A stretch of 64,000 nt of DNA from Candidatus Velthaea sp. Lineage in GTDB: Bacteria; Vulcanimicrobiota; Vulcanimicrobiia; Vulcanimicrobiales; Vulcanimicrobiaceae. The notes under the pieces are model-generated. The model was not told where the DNA came from. It did not search any database and saw nothing but the letters and a program-made list of their open reading frames with translations. Below, in pieces: positions 28,726 through 39,972 of the stretch. Where the stretch lies: the NCBI GenBank assembly GCA_965214935.1, contig CBDCCS010000016.1, forward strand, positions 64,001-128,000. The letters are read 5' to 3'. The number at the start of each line of letters is the position of its first letter. Position 1 is the stretch's first letter. The translations under genes were made by a program, and so were the position numbers.

Positions 28726-29391
28726 ATGTACCGCTGCATTGCCTTTGCACTCACCGCGCTGTTCGTTGCGCCGGCCGCCGCCAGCGCTCAATCGACGCCG
28801 TCTCCCATGACTGCCGCGGAAAATACGGCGGTGAACGATATTGCGAAAACGCTCAACAAGCGCTATCCGACGCCGGCGGACGCAATCAAAGCCGGATATG
28901 TGCGCTACACCAATGAGGATAAGACCGGCGCGATCAGTTACGCCGGAAAGAATTTCGATTCAACCTCCGAGGCGCAGCCCGCGCAGCTTTGGTACGACGT
29001 CAAAGGGCGCTTACTCGGCGCGGACTATTCGGAATTGACGGCCTCGCACCCGGCCGCTCGGGCGCTGTTCGGTATCAGCCCGGCGCGTTTCTTCGCCGAG
29101 GAAGCGCACATTCATTATGTTTTGAAAAACGCCGACGGCAGCCTCACCTATAGCCGCGCGGTCGGCTTCAGCAAGTATGCCGCGACCGGGCTTGACGCGA
29201 TGCATCCGACAGCGGCCGGCCTGGTCAAGCTGGGTACGGTGACTTCGCCGGATCAAGTTGCTGCGGTTTTCTTGTTTCCGAACATTTGGGACGTGACGGT
29301 CTGGGTGCTACCGAATCCGGCCGGCGCTTTCGCCGACGCGAATCCGACCGTCAAACCGTCGAAGATGCCGAGTTCGACGGACATGCAGTAG
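28726..29391 (+). CDS. Secreted hypothetical protein
   Basis: Signal peptide ending ASA-Q; YPTPADAIKAGY and QLWYD..GRLLGADY segments. Confidence 0.75.
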   Translation: MYRCIAFALTALFVAPAAASAQSTPSPMTAAENTAVNDIAKTLNKRYPTPADAIKAGYVRYTNEDKTGAISYAGKNFDSTSEAQPAQLWYDVKGRLLGADYSELTASHPAARALFGISPARFFAEEAHIHYVLKNADGSLTYSRAVGFSKYAATGLDAMHPTAAGLVKLGTVTSPDQVAAVFLFPNIWDVTVWVLPNPAGAFADANPTVKPSKMPSSTDMQ

Positions 29392-29395
29392 GCGC

Positions 29396-30139
29396 GTGGC
29401 GTCGCTGCATCCCGTCGCGCTGATCACCGGAGCGTCTTCGGGCATCGGTGCAGCGATTGCGCGCGATCTCGGCGCGCGCGGCTACCATCTGGCCTTAGCG
29501 GCGCGCCGCAAGCCGGCGCTCGAAGAGGTGGCCGAAGCGGTGCGCGTCCATGGGGGAGCGGCGCTTTCGCTCGCGTGCGATCTCACGCAACCCGCGGAAA
29601 TCAGCCGCTGCGTCGAACAGACGATGCTCGAATTCGGCCGCATCGACGTGTTGGTGAACAACGCGGGCGTGATGCACAACGGGCTTGTGGCCGGCGCCGA
29701 CGTCGCCGAATGGCGAGCGATGATCGATGTCAATCTCATGGGCCTCATGCTCGTAACGCACGCCGTGCTGCCGCACATGCAAGCCGCCGCGCGCGGACAC
29801 ATCATCAACATGTCGTCGGTTGCCGGCCGCATTATTACGGTCGGAAACGCGGTTTATAACGTAACGAAGTGGGGCGTCAACGTTTTCTCCGAAGCGCTGC
29901 GCAAAGAGGTCGTCACCGACAACATCAAAGTAACAGTCGTCGGTCCGGGGATCGTCGATACGGATCTGTTTGAAAAGATTGCGAATCCCAAGGCACGGGC
30001 GACGTTTCAAGCCTATGCCGCGACGCTCGAACCATTGCAGGCGCAAGATGTCGCTGCGGCAGTTGCGTACGCACTCGAGCAGCCGCCGCATGTTGCCGTC
30101 AGCGAAGTTGTGCTGCGGCCCGCAAAGCAAGATCGCTAG
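29396..30139 (+). CDS. SDR family oxidoreductase
   Basis: TGASSGIG, NNAG, YNVTK. Confidence 0.93.
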   Translation: MASLHPVALITGASSGIGAAIARDLGARGYHLALAARRKPALEEVAEAVRVHGGAALSLACDLTQPAEISRCVEQTMLEFGRIDVLVNNAGVMHNGLVAGADVAEWRAMIDVNLMGLMLVTHAVLPHMQAAARGHIINMSSVAGRIITVGNAVYNVTKWGVNVFSEALRKEVVTDNIKVTVVGPGIVDTDLFEKIANPKARATFQAYAATLEPLQAQDVAAAVAYALEQPPHVAVSEVVLRPAKQDR

Positions 30140-30166
30140 AAGCACCCCGTTTAGAAGCGCCTCGCG

Positions 30167-31336
30167 TCACTCGTTAGACCAGTAATCCTTGAGCGCTTTA
30201 CCGCGGCTGGGATGACGCAGCTTCCGTAACGCCTTGGCTTCGATCTGGCGAATACGTTCACGTGTAACGCCGAACTCTTGACCGACTTCTTCGAGCGTCC
30301 GCTGGTGACCGTCTTCCAGACCAAACCGCAGCACCAGAACTTTGCGCTCGCGCTCGGTCAGATTTTGCAGCACATCCTGCATCTTCTCTTTAAGCAACAT
30401 GACCGACGCCGCTTCGGCCGGCGCGACCGCTTCCTGATCTTCGATGAAGTCGCCGAGATGCGAGTCTTCTTCTTCGCCGATCGGCGTTTCGAGCGAGATC
30501 GGTTCCTGCGAGATTTTAATGACTTCGCGGACCTTCTCGGGTGTCAAACCCATCTCGCCGGCGATCTCTTCGACCGTCGGATCGCGGCCGAGTTCTTGCA
30601 GCAGCTGCCGCGAAATTTTGATCAGACGATTGATCGTCTCGACCATGTGAACCGGGATACGGATCGTCCGCGCTTGGTCGGCAAGTGCGCGCGTAATGGC
30701 TTGACGGATCCACCACGTTGCGTACGTTGAAAATTTGTAACCTTTGCGATAATCGAACTTCTCGACGGCCCGAATCAACCCGAGGTTGCCTTCTTGAATG
30801 AGGTCGAGAAAGAGCATCCCGCGTCCGACGTACTTCTTGGCGATCGATACGACAAGCCGTAAATTGGCTTCAGTCAGACGCCGCTTCGCATCCTCGCCGT
30901 GATAGATGATCGCGTTGTCGGCCGTGCCGTTTTTGAGCGCTTCTTTTTCGCCGGCTTCAATCGCCATCGCGAGCCGCTTTTCATCATCCATGGAAAGCAG
31001 CGGAACGCGGCCGATCTCTTTGAGATACATCCGGACCGGATCGTCGAGCGCCATCCCAGCCGGGATTGCCGCTTCGACCGGTTCCTCAGGCTCGGTTTCG
31101 GCCTTTTCTTCTTTTGCTTGCTCTTCGACGATCTCGATGCCTATCGACGCAATCTCTTCGAACAAATCATCAATGCGTTCGGGCCCGACATCATCGACGT
31201 TATCAAAAACCGCGTTTATTTCTTCGTACGTCAAAGAGCCGCGTTTCTTCCCGCGTTCGATGAGCTTCTTGATGAGCTCCTCGACCGGTACTTGCGGTGT
31301 ATCGACGGTAGCGGTCGCAGTTTTTTTACGAGCCAT
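30167..31336 (-). CDS. rpoD: RNA polymerase primary sigma factor
   Basis: [46 protein letters not shown]; downstream of dnaG. Confidence 0.98.
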   Translation of the reverse strand: MARKKTATATVDTPQVPVEELIKKLIERGKKRGSLTYEEINAVFDNVDDVGPERIDDLFEEIASIGIEIVEEQAKEEKAETEPEEPVEAAIPAGMALDDPVRMYLKEIGRVPLLSMDDEKRLAMAIEAGEKEALKNGTADNAIIYHGEDAKRRLTEANLRLVVSIAKKYVGRGMLFLDLIQEGNLGLIRAVEKFDYRKGYKFSTYATWWIRQAITRALADQARTIRIPVHMVETINRLIKISRQLLQELGRDPTVEEIAGEMGLTPEKVREVIKISQEPISLETPIGEEEDSHLGDFIEDQEAVAPAEAASVMLLKEKMQDVLQNLTERERKVLVLRFGLEDGHQRTLEEVGQEFGVTRERIRQIEAKALRKLRHPSRGKALKDYWSNE

Positions 31337-31431
31337 ATGGTTTGTCACCCCCTTTGCTTTTGAGATCGTCATGTGCGGGTCGGAAAGCACGACACCGGAT
31401 GCAGTGTTGATTACGTTGTTCGACGCTGGGG

Positions 31432-33216
31432 CTATCCTTTCAGTTTTGTGGCCAACGCGATGTGTTCGGCGCGTAAATCACGGGGAATTGATTCGCCGGC
31501 CTCGACCAGCCGATTCACGTCGGCGTCCACCTCGCGATACCGGCGCTGCAGATCGTTTAGCACGAACCGCTCGATAACGCGATCGAGATATGCACGGCGC
31601 TCGTCCGTATTAGCGAAGCGAACGGTGACCGAACGCTCACCGGCGGCGATCGCAGCGTAAATGGCTAAGGCCTCGTCGTCTTCACGAAACACCGCATGAA
31701 CGTCCGAAGGTTGCAGGAGCTCCTCTCGACGTTCGATCAGCGTCGCGTAAATGCGCCGGAGCACCGTATGGCCGAAACGTTCGGGCACAATCCGCGCGGC
31801 ATACTCGCAGAGCAGTTGCGGTTCGTCGAAAACGATGGCCAGCACTTCGCGCTCGAACGACGGCGCATCGATGGTTCCGGGCACGACGTGCCGCGCATCG
31901 CGCACCGCTTTACCCGTGCGCGGTGCGAAATTTTGAGAGTTGAACACCAGGCGGCTTTTGCGCAAGTCGTCGACGTTGAGATCGAGCCGGCCCGCGATGT
32001 ACACGCGCCAGCGATCGCGTTCCTCGAGCGGAAGGTTCGCCAGCAGTTCCTCGCCGTAGCGCGCCGTTTCGGCTCGCGAGGTGAATTTCGTTTTGTGCGC
32101 CGCAATTTCGCGATCGACTTGAACTTGCACCCACGGAACGGCCGTCGTCAGCAACGCCCCGAACGCCTCCCGGCCGTGTGCGCGGACGTACGTATCGGGG
32201 TCATCTCCGGGCGGCAGTTCGACGATGCGCGCGTTGCAGCCGGCTGCACGCAACAGGTCGATCGACTTCGCCGTGGCCGCCATGCCGGCACCGTCGGCAT
32301 CGAAGCACACGTAGACGTTTGCCGTGACTTTATGCAGCTCGCGTGCCTGATCGGCGGTGAATGCGGTGCCGAGCGCAGCGACGGTGTTCTCGAAACCCGC
32401 TTGATGCAACGCGATGCAATCGAGGTAGCCTTCAACGACGATGACGGCATCGGCTTTTCCGGCAGCCCGCCGAGCCGCGTTTAGCGCATACAGGAAGCGG
32501 CCCTTGGTATACACCGGCGTCGTCGTGGTGTTGAGGTATTTCGGTTCGTCGGAGCCCAGTGCCCGTCCGCCGAAGGCAATCACCTCACCCGTCGTTGCAT
32601 ACGTCGGAATGATCAACCGCCCGCGATAGACATCGTAATATCCGCCGTTTTGCCCCGGCTTGAGCAAACCGGCCTTCACGGCGAGCGGCAGGTCGACGGC
32701 GTTTGCGCGCAACTCGCTTACAAGCGCGTCCCAACGGTCGGGAGCGTAACCGAGTTTGAAACTTTCGATCGTTGTACGGCTCAGGCCGCGACGCTCGCAA
32801 TACGAGCGCGCCGGCTCGCCGGCTGCATCGAGCAGTAACAACCGGTGAAAGAAGCTTGCTGCGACGGCGTTGGCATGATAGATCGCTTCTTTTTCGTTGC
32901 GCGTTCGAGCCGCGGCGGGATTCTCAGCTTCGAGCTCGACACCGGCGCGCTTTGCTAAAACACGCAGCGCATCGGGAAACGTTAGGTTCTCCGAGCGGCG
33001 CAAAAAGTCGATCGCATCGCCGTGCGCATCGCAACCAAAACACTTGAAGAAGCCGCGCTCGGGATGCACGTGAAACGACGGCGTCTTCTCGGCGTGAAAC
33101 GGACACAAGCCGACAAGGCTGTTACCGCGTTTTCGCAGCGTGACGAAGCTGCCGATATAGTCCGCAATATCCGTCCGGGTGAGAACCTCACGCTTGACCG
33201 CGTCGTCGATACGCAC
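31432..33216 (-). CDS. dnaG: DNA primase
   Basis: [15 protein letters not shown] zinc finger, FGGR, PKYLN, EGYLD, FDADGAG, DPD Toprim. Confidence 0.97.
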   Translation of the reverse strand: MRIDDAVKREVLTRTDIADYIGSFVTLRKRGNSLVGLCPFHAEKTPSFHVHPERGFFKCFGCDAHGDAIDFLRRSENLTFPDALRVLAKRAGVELEAENPAAARTRNEKEAIYHANAVAASFFHRLLLLDAAGEPARSYCERRGLSRTTIESFKLGYAPDRWDALVSELRANAVDLPLAVKAGLLKPGQNGGYYDVYRGRLIIPTYATTGEVIAFGGRALGSDEPKYLNTTTTPVYTKGRFLYALNAARRAAGKADAVIVVEGYLDCIALHQAGFENTVAALGTAFTADQARELHKVTANVYVCFDADGAGMAATAKSIDLLRAAGCNARIVELPPGDDPDTYVRAHGREAFGALLTTAVPWVQVQVDREIAAHKTKFTSRAETARYGEELLANLPLEERDRWRVYIAGRLDLNVDDLRKSRLVFNSQNFAPRTGKAVRDARHVVPGTIDAPSFEREVLAIVFDEPQLLCEYAARIVPERFGHTVLRRIYATLIERREELLQPSDVHAVFREDDEALAIYAAIAAGERSVTVRFANTDERRAYLDRVIERFVLNDLQRRYREVDADVNRLVEAGESIPRDLRAEHIALATKLKG

Positions 33217-33324
33217 GCTACGAGAATTCGACGCACCGAGCGAAACGACTCCGGTGCGGGCGACTATCGGCGCAAGCGGTAGTGAGACCTTGCACCGAAC
33301 GTTGATTGGCCGTAGCATCAAGTC

Positions 33325-34458
33325 ATGCGCTTGCATCGCGGATGGATATTCGTGCTATGCGTGTTAGCGCTGTCTGCCCCGAAGGTTGTCGCTCACACCG
33401 CAAGATCCGCGCCGGCAAAATGCCCGTGGCTGCCGAGCGGCCAACTTGCATTACATCGCCGGCAGCGGGCTCGTCATCTGCTCCGCTCAAACTGCAGTTC
33501 GGCTCACCCGGAGCGCCGACGTTACCGATCTGGTTTGGTCGAGCGATGCAACGAGACTACACTATGTCGTCGCCGGGCATCGCTTCGCTTACTACGTACG
33601 AACGAGCGGAGTGTGCCGCTCAAAGACGACTGCGGCTTTACCGCCTTTACGTCGTGCACGCGCTACCGGGGCCTCGATGGAACCATGCTACTCGTTTCGC
33701 GACCGCGCCGGCTCGTTGGCGGCACGGGCGTTGCGCCCGAGCGTATCACGTTGCGCGATAGAAGCCGCACGATAAGCCGGCAAGCCGATTCTCGGGGCGA
33801 CTTCGTGCCGCTCACGTTTCCGCAAGCGCAGCACGTGCTGCTTTTTCACGCGTCGGAAATGAGTGCGGACCAGTGGGTTGACGGCATGCCGCTGTCGGAG
33901 TTCGATTTCATTTACGGTGAGAGGCCGTTAGGCGTTCGAGTGCAGGGAGCGCGATCATGGGCAGCATTGTCGCCCGACGGCACATCATTCGTAACAACGA
34001 CGGGCGGATCACGCGAAGCGTATCGACGCAAAACGCTCGTGCGCTGCAATCTACTTACCGCTCGTTGCGGCGCTTGGCATCATCGCCGGGGATTCGTCGA
34101 GTTCGATCCATGGTCTCCCGATGGGAGACGCGTCGCCTTTATTCGTGCGGCTGAGGTCGGCGAAGTGCAAACGATGAGAAACCGTGGAACAATGGCCGAA
34201 CCTTGGGCGGAAGGGCGACGCTAAATTTCGACCTTAGCCGCATCAGAGATTGCGTCGGAGGCAAGCCTCACGTCGGTCACTCGCGTTGAGTCGCCGGCAT
34301 GGATCGGTACCGATCAGCTCCTCTTCGTGTCAAACGACAAGTTATTCGAGGTCGACTCACATGGCACGACGCATTTTCGCCTCGCACTGCATGTAAGTAC
34401 GATTGAAGCCTACTTTGGCGATACAAACACGAACGACCGATACGCTTGGCATAGCTAA
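33325..34458 (+). pseudogene. Degraded secreted TolB/PD40-type beta-propeller gene
   Basis: Signal peptide; WSSDATRL in the +1 frame (about 33452-33610); LSPDG and WSPDGRRVAF in frame 1; reading continues past TAA 34222 to TAA 34458. Confidence 0.65.
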
Positions 34459-34514
34459 CGGCGATGCCGATCCGAATGTGTGCATAGCACACCAGCCGCC
34501 GCGACTTCCGGCAG

Positions 34515-35846
34515 CTAATCGATCGAGAGCGTCTCCTCGTTTGCGTCGTAGGCGAAGAGTTCGCCGTAGCGTGCCCACTCGATCGCCGTATCGAATTGAC
34601 GCTTGGCCTCGGTCGCCGGATAATACTCATCGAGAATATCGAGGAAGAAATCCGCGCGCATCTTTTTGTTGAGCTTCTCGTTGAGCGTCTTGTAAATCGT
34701 TGCGACGATCGGCGCGTGCGCAAGGATCTGTTGCCGAAAGAGATCTTTGCTGCGCAGAATCGTCGTCGTCGCGTAATCGCGACCGACGTCGGTGATCGTC
34801 ACGTCGCCTTCGGCGATCGTCGCAAAGCCGAGCAGCCCGGCGGCGTCGAGAATACCAAGCAAGTCATCCATCGGCAAAGCGAGGCGTTCGGCAAGCCGCG
34901 CGATCTCGACGCTCGGTTCGCCGGTCTCAACGATCAATTCGAGTAAGCCGCTGATCGTACCGACGCGCACGTGCGGCAGCGCTCGTGCGTAAGGCGACCG
35001 GGTCGTCGCCGGAACGACGGCGCCTTGATTGGCGAGTGCGACGGACGGCCCGTCGCTGACTTCCATGTCCGGGTTCGTCATCACCGTGTACAAATATTCG
35101 ACCAGCACCTTGAAGCGCTCATCGCTGCGTGCGTGCGGTCGCGGCAAACCGATCGTTACCGCACCGCGCACGCGGCCCGGATTGGCGCCGAGCACGATAA
35201 CGCGGTCGGCTAAGAAAACGGCCTCTTCGATGTTGTGCGTGACGATCAGGATACTCTTGGCCGGGAACGTCCCGGCGTTCCAGAGGTCGTCAATTTCGCC
35301 GCGCAGATTTTCCGCCGTGAGTACGTCGAGTGCGCTAAACGGCTCGTCGAGAAACAGCACTTTCGGCTCGACGACCAATGCGCGCGCGAAGCCGACGCGC
35401 TGTTTCATGCCGCCCGACAGCTCCTTGGGATACGCGCTCTCGAAGCCGTCGAGGCCGACCAGGTCGATTGCTTTGAGCGCGCGCTTCGTGCGCTCGGTGC
35501 GACCGACGTTGCGTGCTTCGAGCCCGAGTTCGACGTTCTCGATCACCGTGAGCCACGGCAACAGTGCGAAGGATTGAAATACCATGCCGACGTCGGGGTT
35601 TGGTCCGGTCAAGACGGTGCCGTCGCTGATCACGGTCCCGCGCGATGCCGGGATGAGACCCGCCATGATCCGCAAGAGGGTGCTCTTGCCGCTGCCGCTA
35701 CGCCCGAGCAGCGCAACGACTTCGCCGCGGGCAACGGCAACGTTGACGTCACGCAGAACCGTAAACTCACCTTTGCCGTCCGGCAGCGGGAACGCTTTGT
35801 TGCAATGTTCGACGACGATGAGCGTGTCGTTCGGTGCGGCGATCAT
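34515..35846 (-). CDS. NitT/TauT-type ABC ATPase with C-terminal AAA-associated domain
   Basis: GRSGSGKS, LSGGMKQR, LDEPFSALD; ATGA overlap with the permease stop. Confidence 0.9.
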   Translation of the reverse strand: MIAAPNDTLIVVEHCNKAFPLPDGKGEFTVLRDVNVAVARGEVVALLGRSGSGKSTLLRIMAGLIPASRGTVISDGTVLTGPNPDVGMVFQSFALLPWLTVIENVELGLEARNVGRTERTKRALKAIDLVGLDGFESAYPKELSGGMKQRVGFARALVVEPKVLFLDEPFSALDVLTAENLRGEIDDLWNAGTFPAKSILIVTHNIEEAVFLADRVIVLGANPGRVRGAVTIGLPRPHARSDERFKVLVEYLYTVMTNPDMEVSDGPSVALANQGAVVPATTRSPYARALPHVRVGTISGLLELIVETGEPSVEIARLAERLALPMDDLLGILDAAGLLGFATIAEGDVTITDVGRDYATTTILRSKDLFRQQILAHAPIVATIYKTLNEKLNKKMRADFFLDILDEYYPATEAKRQFDTAIEWARYGELFAYDANEETLSID

Positions 35847-37579
35847 AGATGGTACTTTCGCTCCGCCAATGCGTAAAGCCGTCGCCATAACAGACGATTG
35901 ACGCCGACGACGTAGATGCTCATCATGCCGACGCCCAGCGTGATACGCGGCCAGTCGCCTTTCGTGGTCGCCTCGGCGATATACGCGCCCAGACCGGTTG
36001 CGGTCAGTGTCGACGTTCCCCAGGTCACAACTTCCGATACGATACTTGCATTCCAGGCCCCGCCGCTCGCGGTAATACCGCCCGTCACCCATGACGAAAA
36101 AATGCCCGGCCCGATCAAGCGGCGCCAGCGCTGACGGCCCTGCAGACCAACGTCGTCGGCCATCTCACGCAAATCCGTCGGAATGCTCGACGCGCCGGCA
36201 ATCGAATTAAAGAGAATATACCACTGCGCGCCCAGCGCCATGAGTAACATGCTGCCGAAGTTGATGCTGATGTGAAAGCGGATGAAGGCGAGCGTCGCAA
36301 ACGGGAAGATAAAATTGGCTGGAAACGACGCCAAAAAAAGCGCGACGGGTTGCGCTAAACGCGCCAATCTCGGACTGAAGCCGATTGCAACGCCGATCGG
36401 CGTCCAAACCATCGATGCAAACACCAACAACACCATCACGCGCACGAGCGTAAGTGCGCCTAACCCGATGACGCGTCCGACTTCGCCGAGGCCGACGGTC
36501 GTTAGGATAAAGTGTAATGCGGTTACGAAAAGCGCAATAACGACAACGACGAGAAACATGTTGTAGGCGCGATCGGCGAGGCGAGCACGACGCGCATCGA
36601 ATGACGGCAGAGCGACGGGCAAGCGCAACGCCGAAAATAGCGCCGTTAGGCGATCGCCGGCCGGCGCGAGCGTCCGGCTCAACAGCGCGCTGACGCGCGA
36701 TTGACGGATGAGATCGTAGACCCATGATTGCGGCGATTCGGCCGCCGCGTTTTGTTCCAGCCGGAATTTATCGCTCCACGCAACGACCGGGCGCCAAAAC
36801 AGTTGGTCGATCAAGGTGATGACCACGGCCATCGTGAGCACGGCATAGCCGAGCGCCGGCATATTTTGCGCGGTCACGGCCGCGGCAACGTACGAGCCGA
36901 TTCCCGGTAGCGTATACTGCGAATTGAGCACGCTGATTGCCTCGCTCGCTGCGAGAAAGAACCAGCCGCCGCCGAAGCTCATCATCGCGTTCCAAATCAA
37001 ACCGATCATGCCGGCCGGCACCTCGAGCCGAATGAAGCGTTGCCACACCGGTAACCCATAGGCCGCGGTCGCTTCAGCTAAATCGGTCGGCAGCGTACGC
37101 AACGATTGGTAAAACGAGAACGCCATGTTCCACGCTTGACTCGTAAAGATCGCGAAGATCGAGGCGGCTTCTAAACCCAGCAGGCTTCCGGGAAAAAGCG
37201 CGATGAAACCGGTGACGGTTATCGATAGAAATCCAAGTACCGGTACCGATTGCAGGATGTCCAATAGCGGAATGAGGACGCGTTCGGCGTACCGGCTGCG
37301 CGCCGCCGCGTAACCATAGGCGAACGTGAACGCGAAGGATGCCGCCAGCGCAATAAACATGCGTAAGGTGGAGCGAGCCGCGTAATACGGCAAATTGTGC
37401 GGATCGAGACTGATCGCCGGGACGTTGCGCGGCGGCGTAAAACCAACGAAAGCGCCGGCACCGACGCGTGCAATGAGTGCAAGCAGCAAGAGCGCACCGA
37501 GAATGACGGCGACGTCCGCGAGACCAAAACCAACCGGCCGCCGCAACGATCCGGGGGCGGGAATCATACGCTGGATCAC
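35843..37579 (-). CDS. NitT/TauT-type ABC permease (two TM domains)
   Basis: LDILQSVPVLGF, WNAMMSFGGGWFF, GGAWNASIVSE. Confidence 0.9.
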   Translation of the reverse strand: MIQRMIPAPGSLRRPVGFGLADVAVILGALLLLALIARVGAGAFVGFTPPRNVPAISLDPHNLPYYAARSTLRMFIALAASFAFTFAYGYAAARSRYAERVLIPLLDILQSVPVLGFLSITVTGFIALFPGSLLGLEAASIFAIFTSQAWNMAFSFYQSLRTLPTDLAEATAAYGLPVWQRFIRLEVPAGMIGLIWNAMMSFGGGWFFLAASEAISVLNSQYTLPGIGSYVAAAVTAQNMPALGYAVLTMAVVITLIDQLFWRPVVAWSDKFRLEQNAAAESPQSWVYDLIRQSRVSALLSRTLAPAGDRLTALFSALRLPVALPSFDARRARLADRAYNMFLVVVVIALFVTALHFILTTVGLGEVGRVIGLGALTLVRVMVLLVFASMVWTPIGVAIGFSPRLARLAQPVALFLASFPANFIFPFATLAFIRFHISINFGSMLLMALGAQWYILFNSIAGASSIPTDLREMADDVGLQGRQRWRRLIGPGIFSSWVTGGITASGGAWNASIVSEVVTWGTSTLTATGLGAYIAEATTKGDWPRITLGVGMMSIYVVGVNRLLWRRLYALAERKYHL

Positions 37580-37712
37580 AGGGCGGCGACATCTGCGGGC
37601 TTGCTTGGCGGCGCGCCAGACTGTTCACCCTCGGACGTTACTCCCCTTGACCGGAAACCGTCGACGAACGTGCCCCATGACATCGCGATCGCACGGGCGA
37701 ATCGGGCTAGAC

Positions 37713-38945
37713 GTGACGGGCGCGAAGCGAATCTTCGATCCAATTCATCGCTTCATCGAACTTGACGCCGGCGAAGTTGCGCTACTCGAAGCGCCGGCGA
37801 TGCAGCGGCTGCGACGTCTGCGACAACTCGGCCTAGCGTATCTGGCTTACCCGTCGGCCGAACATTCGCGGTTTTCGCATGCGCTCGGAGCTTTGGCGAT
37901 CGGCACGCGGGTCATCGATGCCTTGTACGTGCACTCACCCGAGGCATTTGATTCCGCAGCGAGTTTTGCCGCACAACGCCGGTTATTACGCGCGAGTCTG
38001 CTACTGCACGACATCGGTCACGGCCCGTTTAGCCATGCATCGGAGAGCGTACTGGGCATCCGGCACGAACTGCGGACAGCCGGTATCTTAGACGCACCGG
38101 CCGTCGCCGCCGCGCTCGATGCACTCGATGTCGACCGTACCGACGTGCTGGCACTCATCACCGGAACGTCGTTGCGCTTTCCCGTGTTGCGCGAATTAGT
38201 GAGCGGTCCGAATCTCGATGCCGACCGGATGGATTACTTGTTGCGCGATGCGTATTTTACCGGTGTCGCGAGCGGCGGTTACGATAGCGAACAGTTAATC
38301 GCGTCGTTCCGTGTTTTCAACGTTGACGGACACGCCGAACTCGGAGTCGACGGCCGTGGTGTCGTCGCACTCGAGTCGTTCGTGCTTGCACGGTACATGA
38401 TGTTTGCCAGCGTCTACTTCCATCATACGACGCGGGCCTTCGAACGCGTGCTCGGCGAAGTTTTGCAACGCATGTGGCCCGACCCGCATGCTTTGGACGC
38501 TATTGACGAGTATCTCGCGTGGGATGATTTCCGCGTGCTCGACACCATTCGAGACGATCCGCATCCGGCGGCGCGCGCGTTGCGCGATCGCAAAACCTTG
38601 TACGGCTTGGCTGCGGAGTTCAATGCCGAGCACGATCTGGCGACCTACGGCGCTTGCGAGCGTGAGTTGCGCGCGCAGTTCGGTGACGCGGTTTGGAGCG
38701 ACTCGCAAGAGCAGCTGCTGCACCGCTTACCGCTGGGCGGCGACGGCAAACCCAGCGTCCACGTGCGCGTGACCGGCCGCATCATCGACGCCCGGCGCGC
38801 CTCGGACCTCATTGCGAAGCTTTCCGGAAAAGCCTATTGGCGGAAACTCTTCGTGCGTAAAGGCGCGGCTGATATCGAACGCGCGCGAGCGATCTGCCGC
38901 CAAATTATCGCCGAAGACATTCGTATGTCGCTGTTCGATCCGTAG
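37713..38945 (+). CDS. HD-domain phosphohydrolase (SAMHD1/dNTPase-like)
   Basis: DPIH, QRLRRLRQLG, HSRFSH, LLHDIGHGPFSH, DADRMDYL; start could instead be ATG 37677. Confidence 0.9.
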   Translation: MTGAKRIFDPIHRFIELDAGEVALLEAPAMQRLRRLRQLGLAYLAYPSAEHSRFSHALGALAIGTRVIDALYVHSPEAFDSAASFAAQRRLLRASLLLHDIGHGPFSHASESVLGIRHELRTAGILDAPAVAAALDALDVDRTDVLALITGTSLRFPVLRELVSGPNLDADRMDYLLRDAYFTGVASGGYDSEQLIASFRVFNVDGHAELGVDGRGVVALESFVLARYMMFASVYFHHTTRAFERVLGEVLQRMWPDPHALDAIDEYLAWDDFRVLDTIRDDPHPAARALRDRKTLYGLAAEFNAEHDLATYGACERELRAQFGDAVWSDSQEQLLHRLPLGGDGKPSVHVRVTGRIIDARRASDLIAKLSGKAYWRKLFVRKGAADIERARAICRQIIAEDIRMSLFDP

Positions 38946-38957
38946 GCGCCGAGCGCG

Positions 38958-39959
38958 CTACACGCGGCGGCGCGATGTAGCCGTAAAGAGACCACGCAGC
39001 AACCCATCGCGGTCGAGGTCGTAGCGGCCGGCTAAGTCGTCGGCCTGCGCGATCGCCTTGTCGCAGGCTCGATCGGCGGCAGCTTGCGCGCCCAAACGAT
39101 CGAGGGCGGCAATAACGGCCTGCGCGTCCCGTTCGTCAAGTTCGCCGATGCGCGAGTAGGCCCGTTCGATAACGCTGCGATCCTTCGAGGCCTCTCCGTC
39201 AAGCGCCCAGACGACGGGAAACGACCATTTCCGCCGCCGGATGTCGGCGCCGCTGGGCTTGCCGGTTTCGGCGGTGGTACCCCACGTACCGAGGATATCG
39301 TCGCGAATTTGGAATGCACGGCCGTAAGCGCGGCCGAAAGCGCCATACGCGAGCGCACGTTCGTCGTCGACACCGGCCGCCCGCGCGCCTAATTCGCAAG
39401 CCGCTGAAAACAAAGCCGCCGTTTTACCGGCAATCATGTGCAAGTAGGCTGCAAACGTCACGAATTGCGCGGTCTCGAAACCGATGTCGAGGCCTTGCCC
39501 TTCGCACATATGAAAGTTCGCACGCTGTAAGCAGCGTTCCATCGACACTCGCCGTTCGGCCGGAATGTCGGCCGCACCCGAAAAGAGTGCCAGATAACTC
39601 ATCGCGCACATTGCATTGCCGGCCACGATCGCGCTCGGCACGCCGAAGCGCACCCAAAGCGTCGGACGGCCGTGACGAATCTCGTCCCGGTCCTCGATAT
39701 CGTCATGAATGAGCGAGTAATTATGCAGCAATTCGATCGCGATCGCCGGACCCTCGGAGTCACCGGGCCGGGCGCCTTCAATTTGCGCCACCATCAATAA
39801 AATATGCGGGCGCAGACGCTTGCCCCGCCGGCGGGATACTTCGCCGTAACCGAAATGCGCTCGCACCATCATTGCAATCGGCGCATCGCTTTGGCAGCGT
39901 AAGATCCACTCTTCGAGCCGATCTTCAAACGCCGAAAGCGCATCCGGTGCGAGCGTCAT
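38958..39959 (-). CDS. Polyprenyl (FPP/GGPP) synthase
   Basis: GKRLRP, HDDIED..R.GRPT, GQ.LD, KT, FQIRDD. Confidence 0.92.
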   Translation of the reverse strand: MTLAPDALSAFEDRLEEWILRCQSDAPIAMMVRAHFGYGEVSRRRGKRLRPHILLMVAQIEGARPGDSEGPAIAIELLHNYSLIHDDIEDRDEIRHGRPTLWVRFGVPSAIVAGNAMCAMSYLALFSGAADIPAERRVSMERCLQRANFHMCEGQGLDIGFETAQFVTFAAYLHMIAGKTAALFSAACELGARAAGVDDERALAYGAFGRAYGRAFQIRDDILGTWGTTAETGKPSGADIRRRKWSFPVVWALDGEASKDRSVIERAYSRIGELDERDAQAVIAALDRLGAQAAADRACDKAIAQADDLAGRYDLDRDGLLRGLFTATSRRRV

Positions 39960-39972
39960 GCCGTTTCTCCGC

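Noticed and set aside
34222..34224. Recoding at the in-frame stop of the propeller gene
   Set aside because: The codon is TAA and the gene has other lesions; decay is simpler
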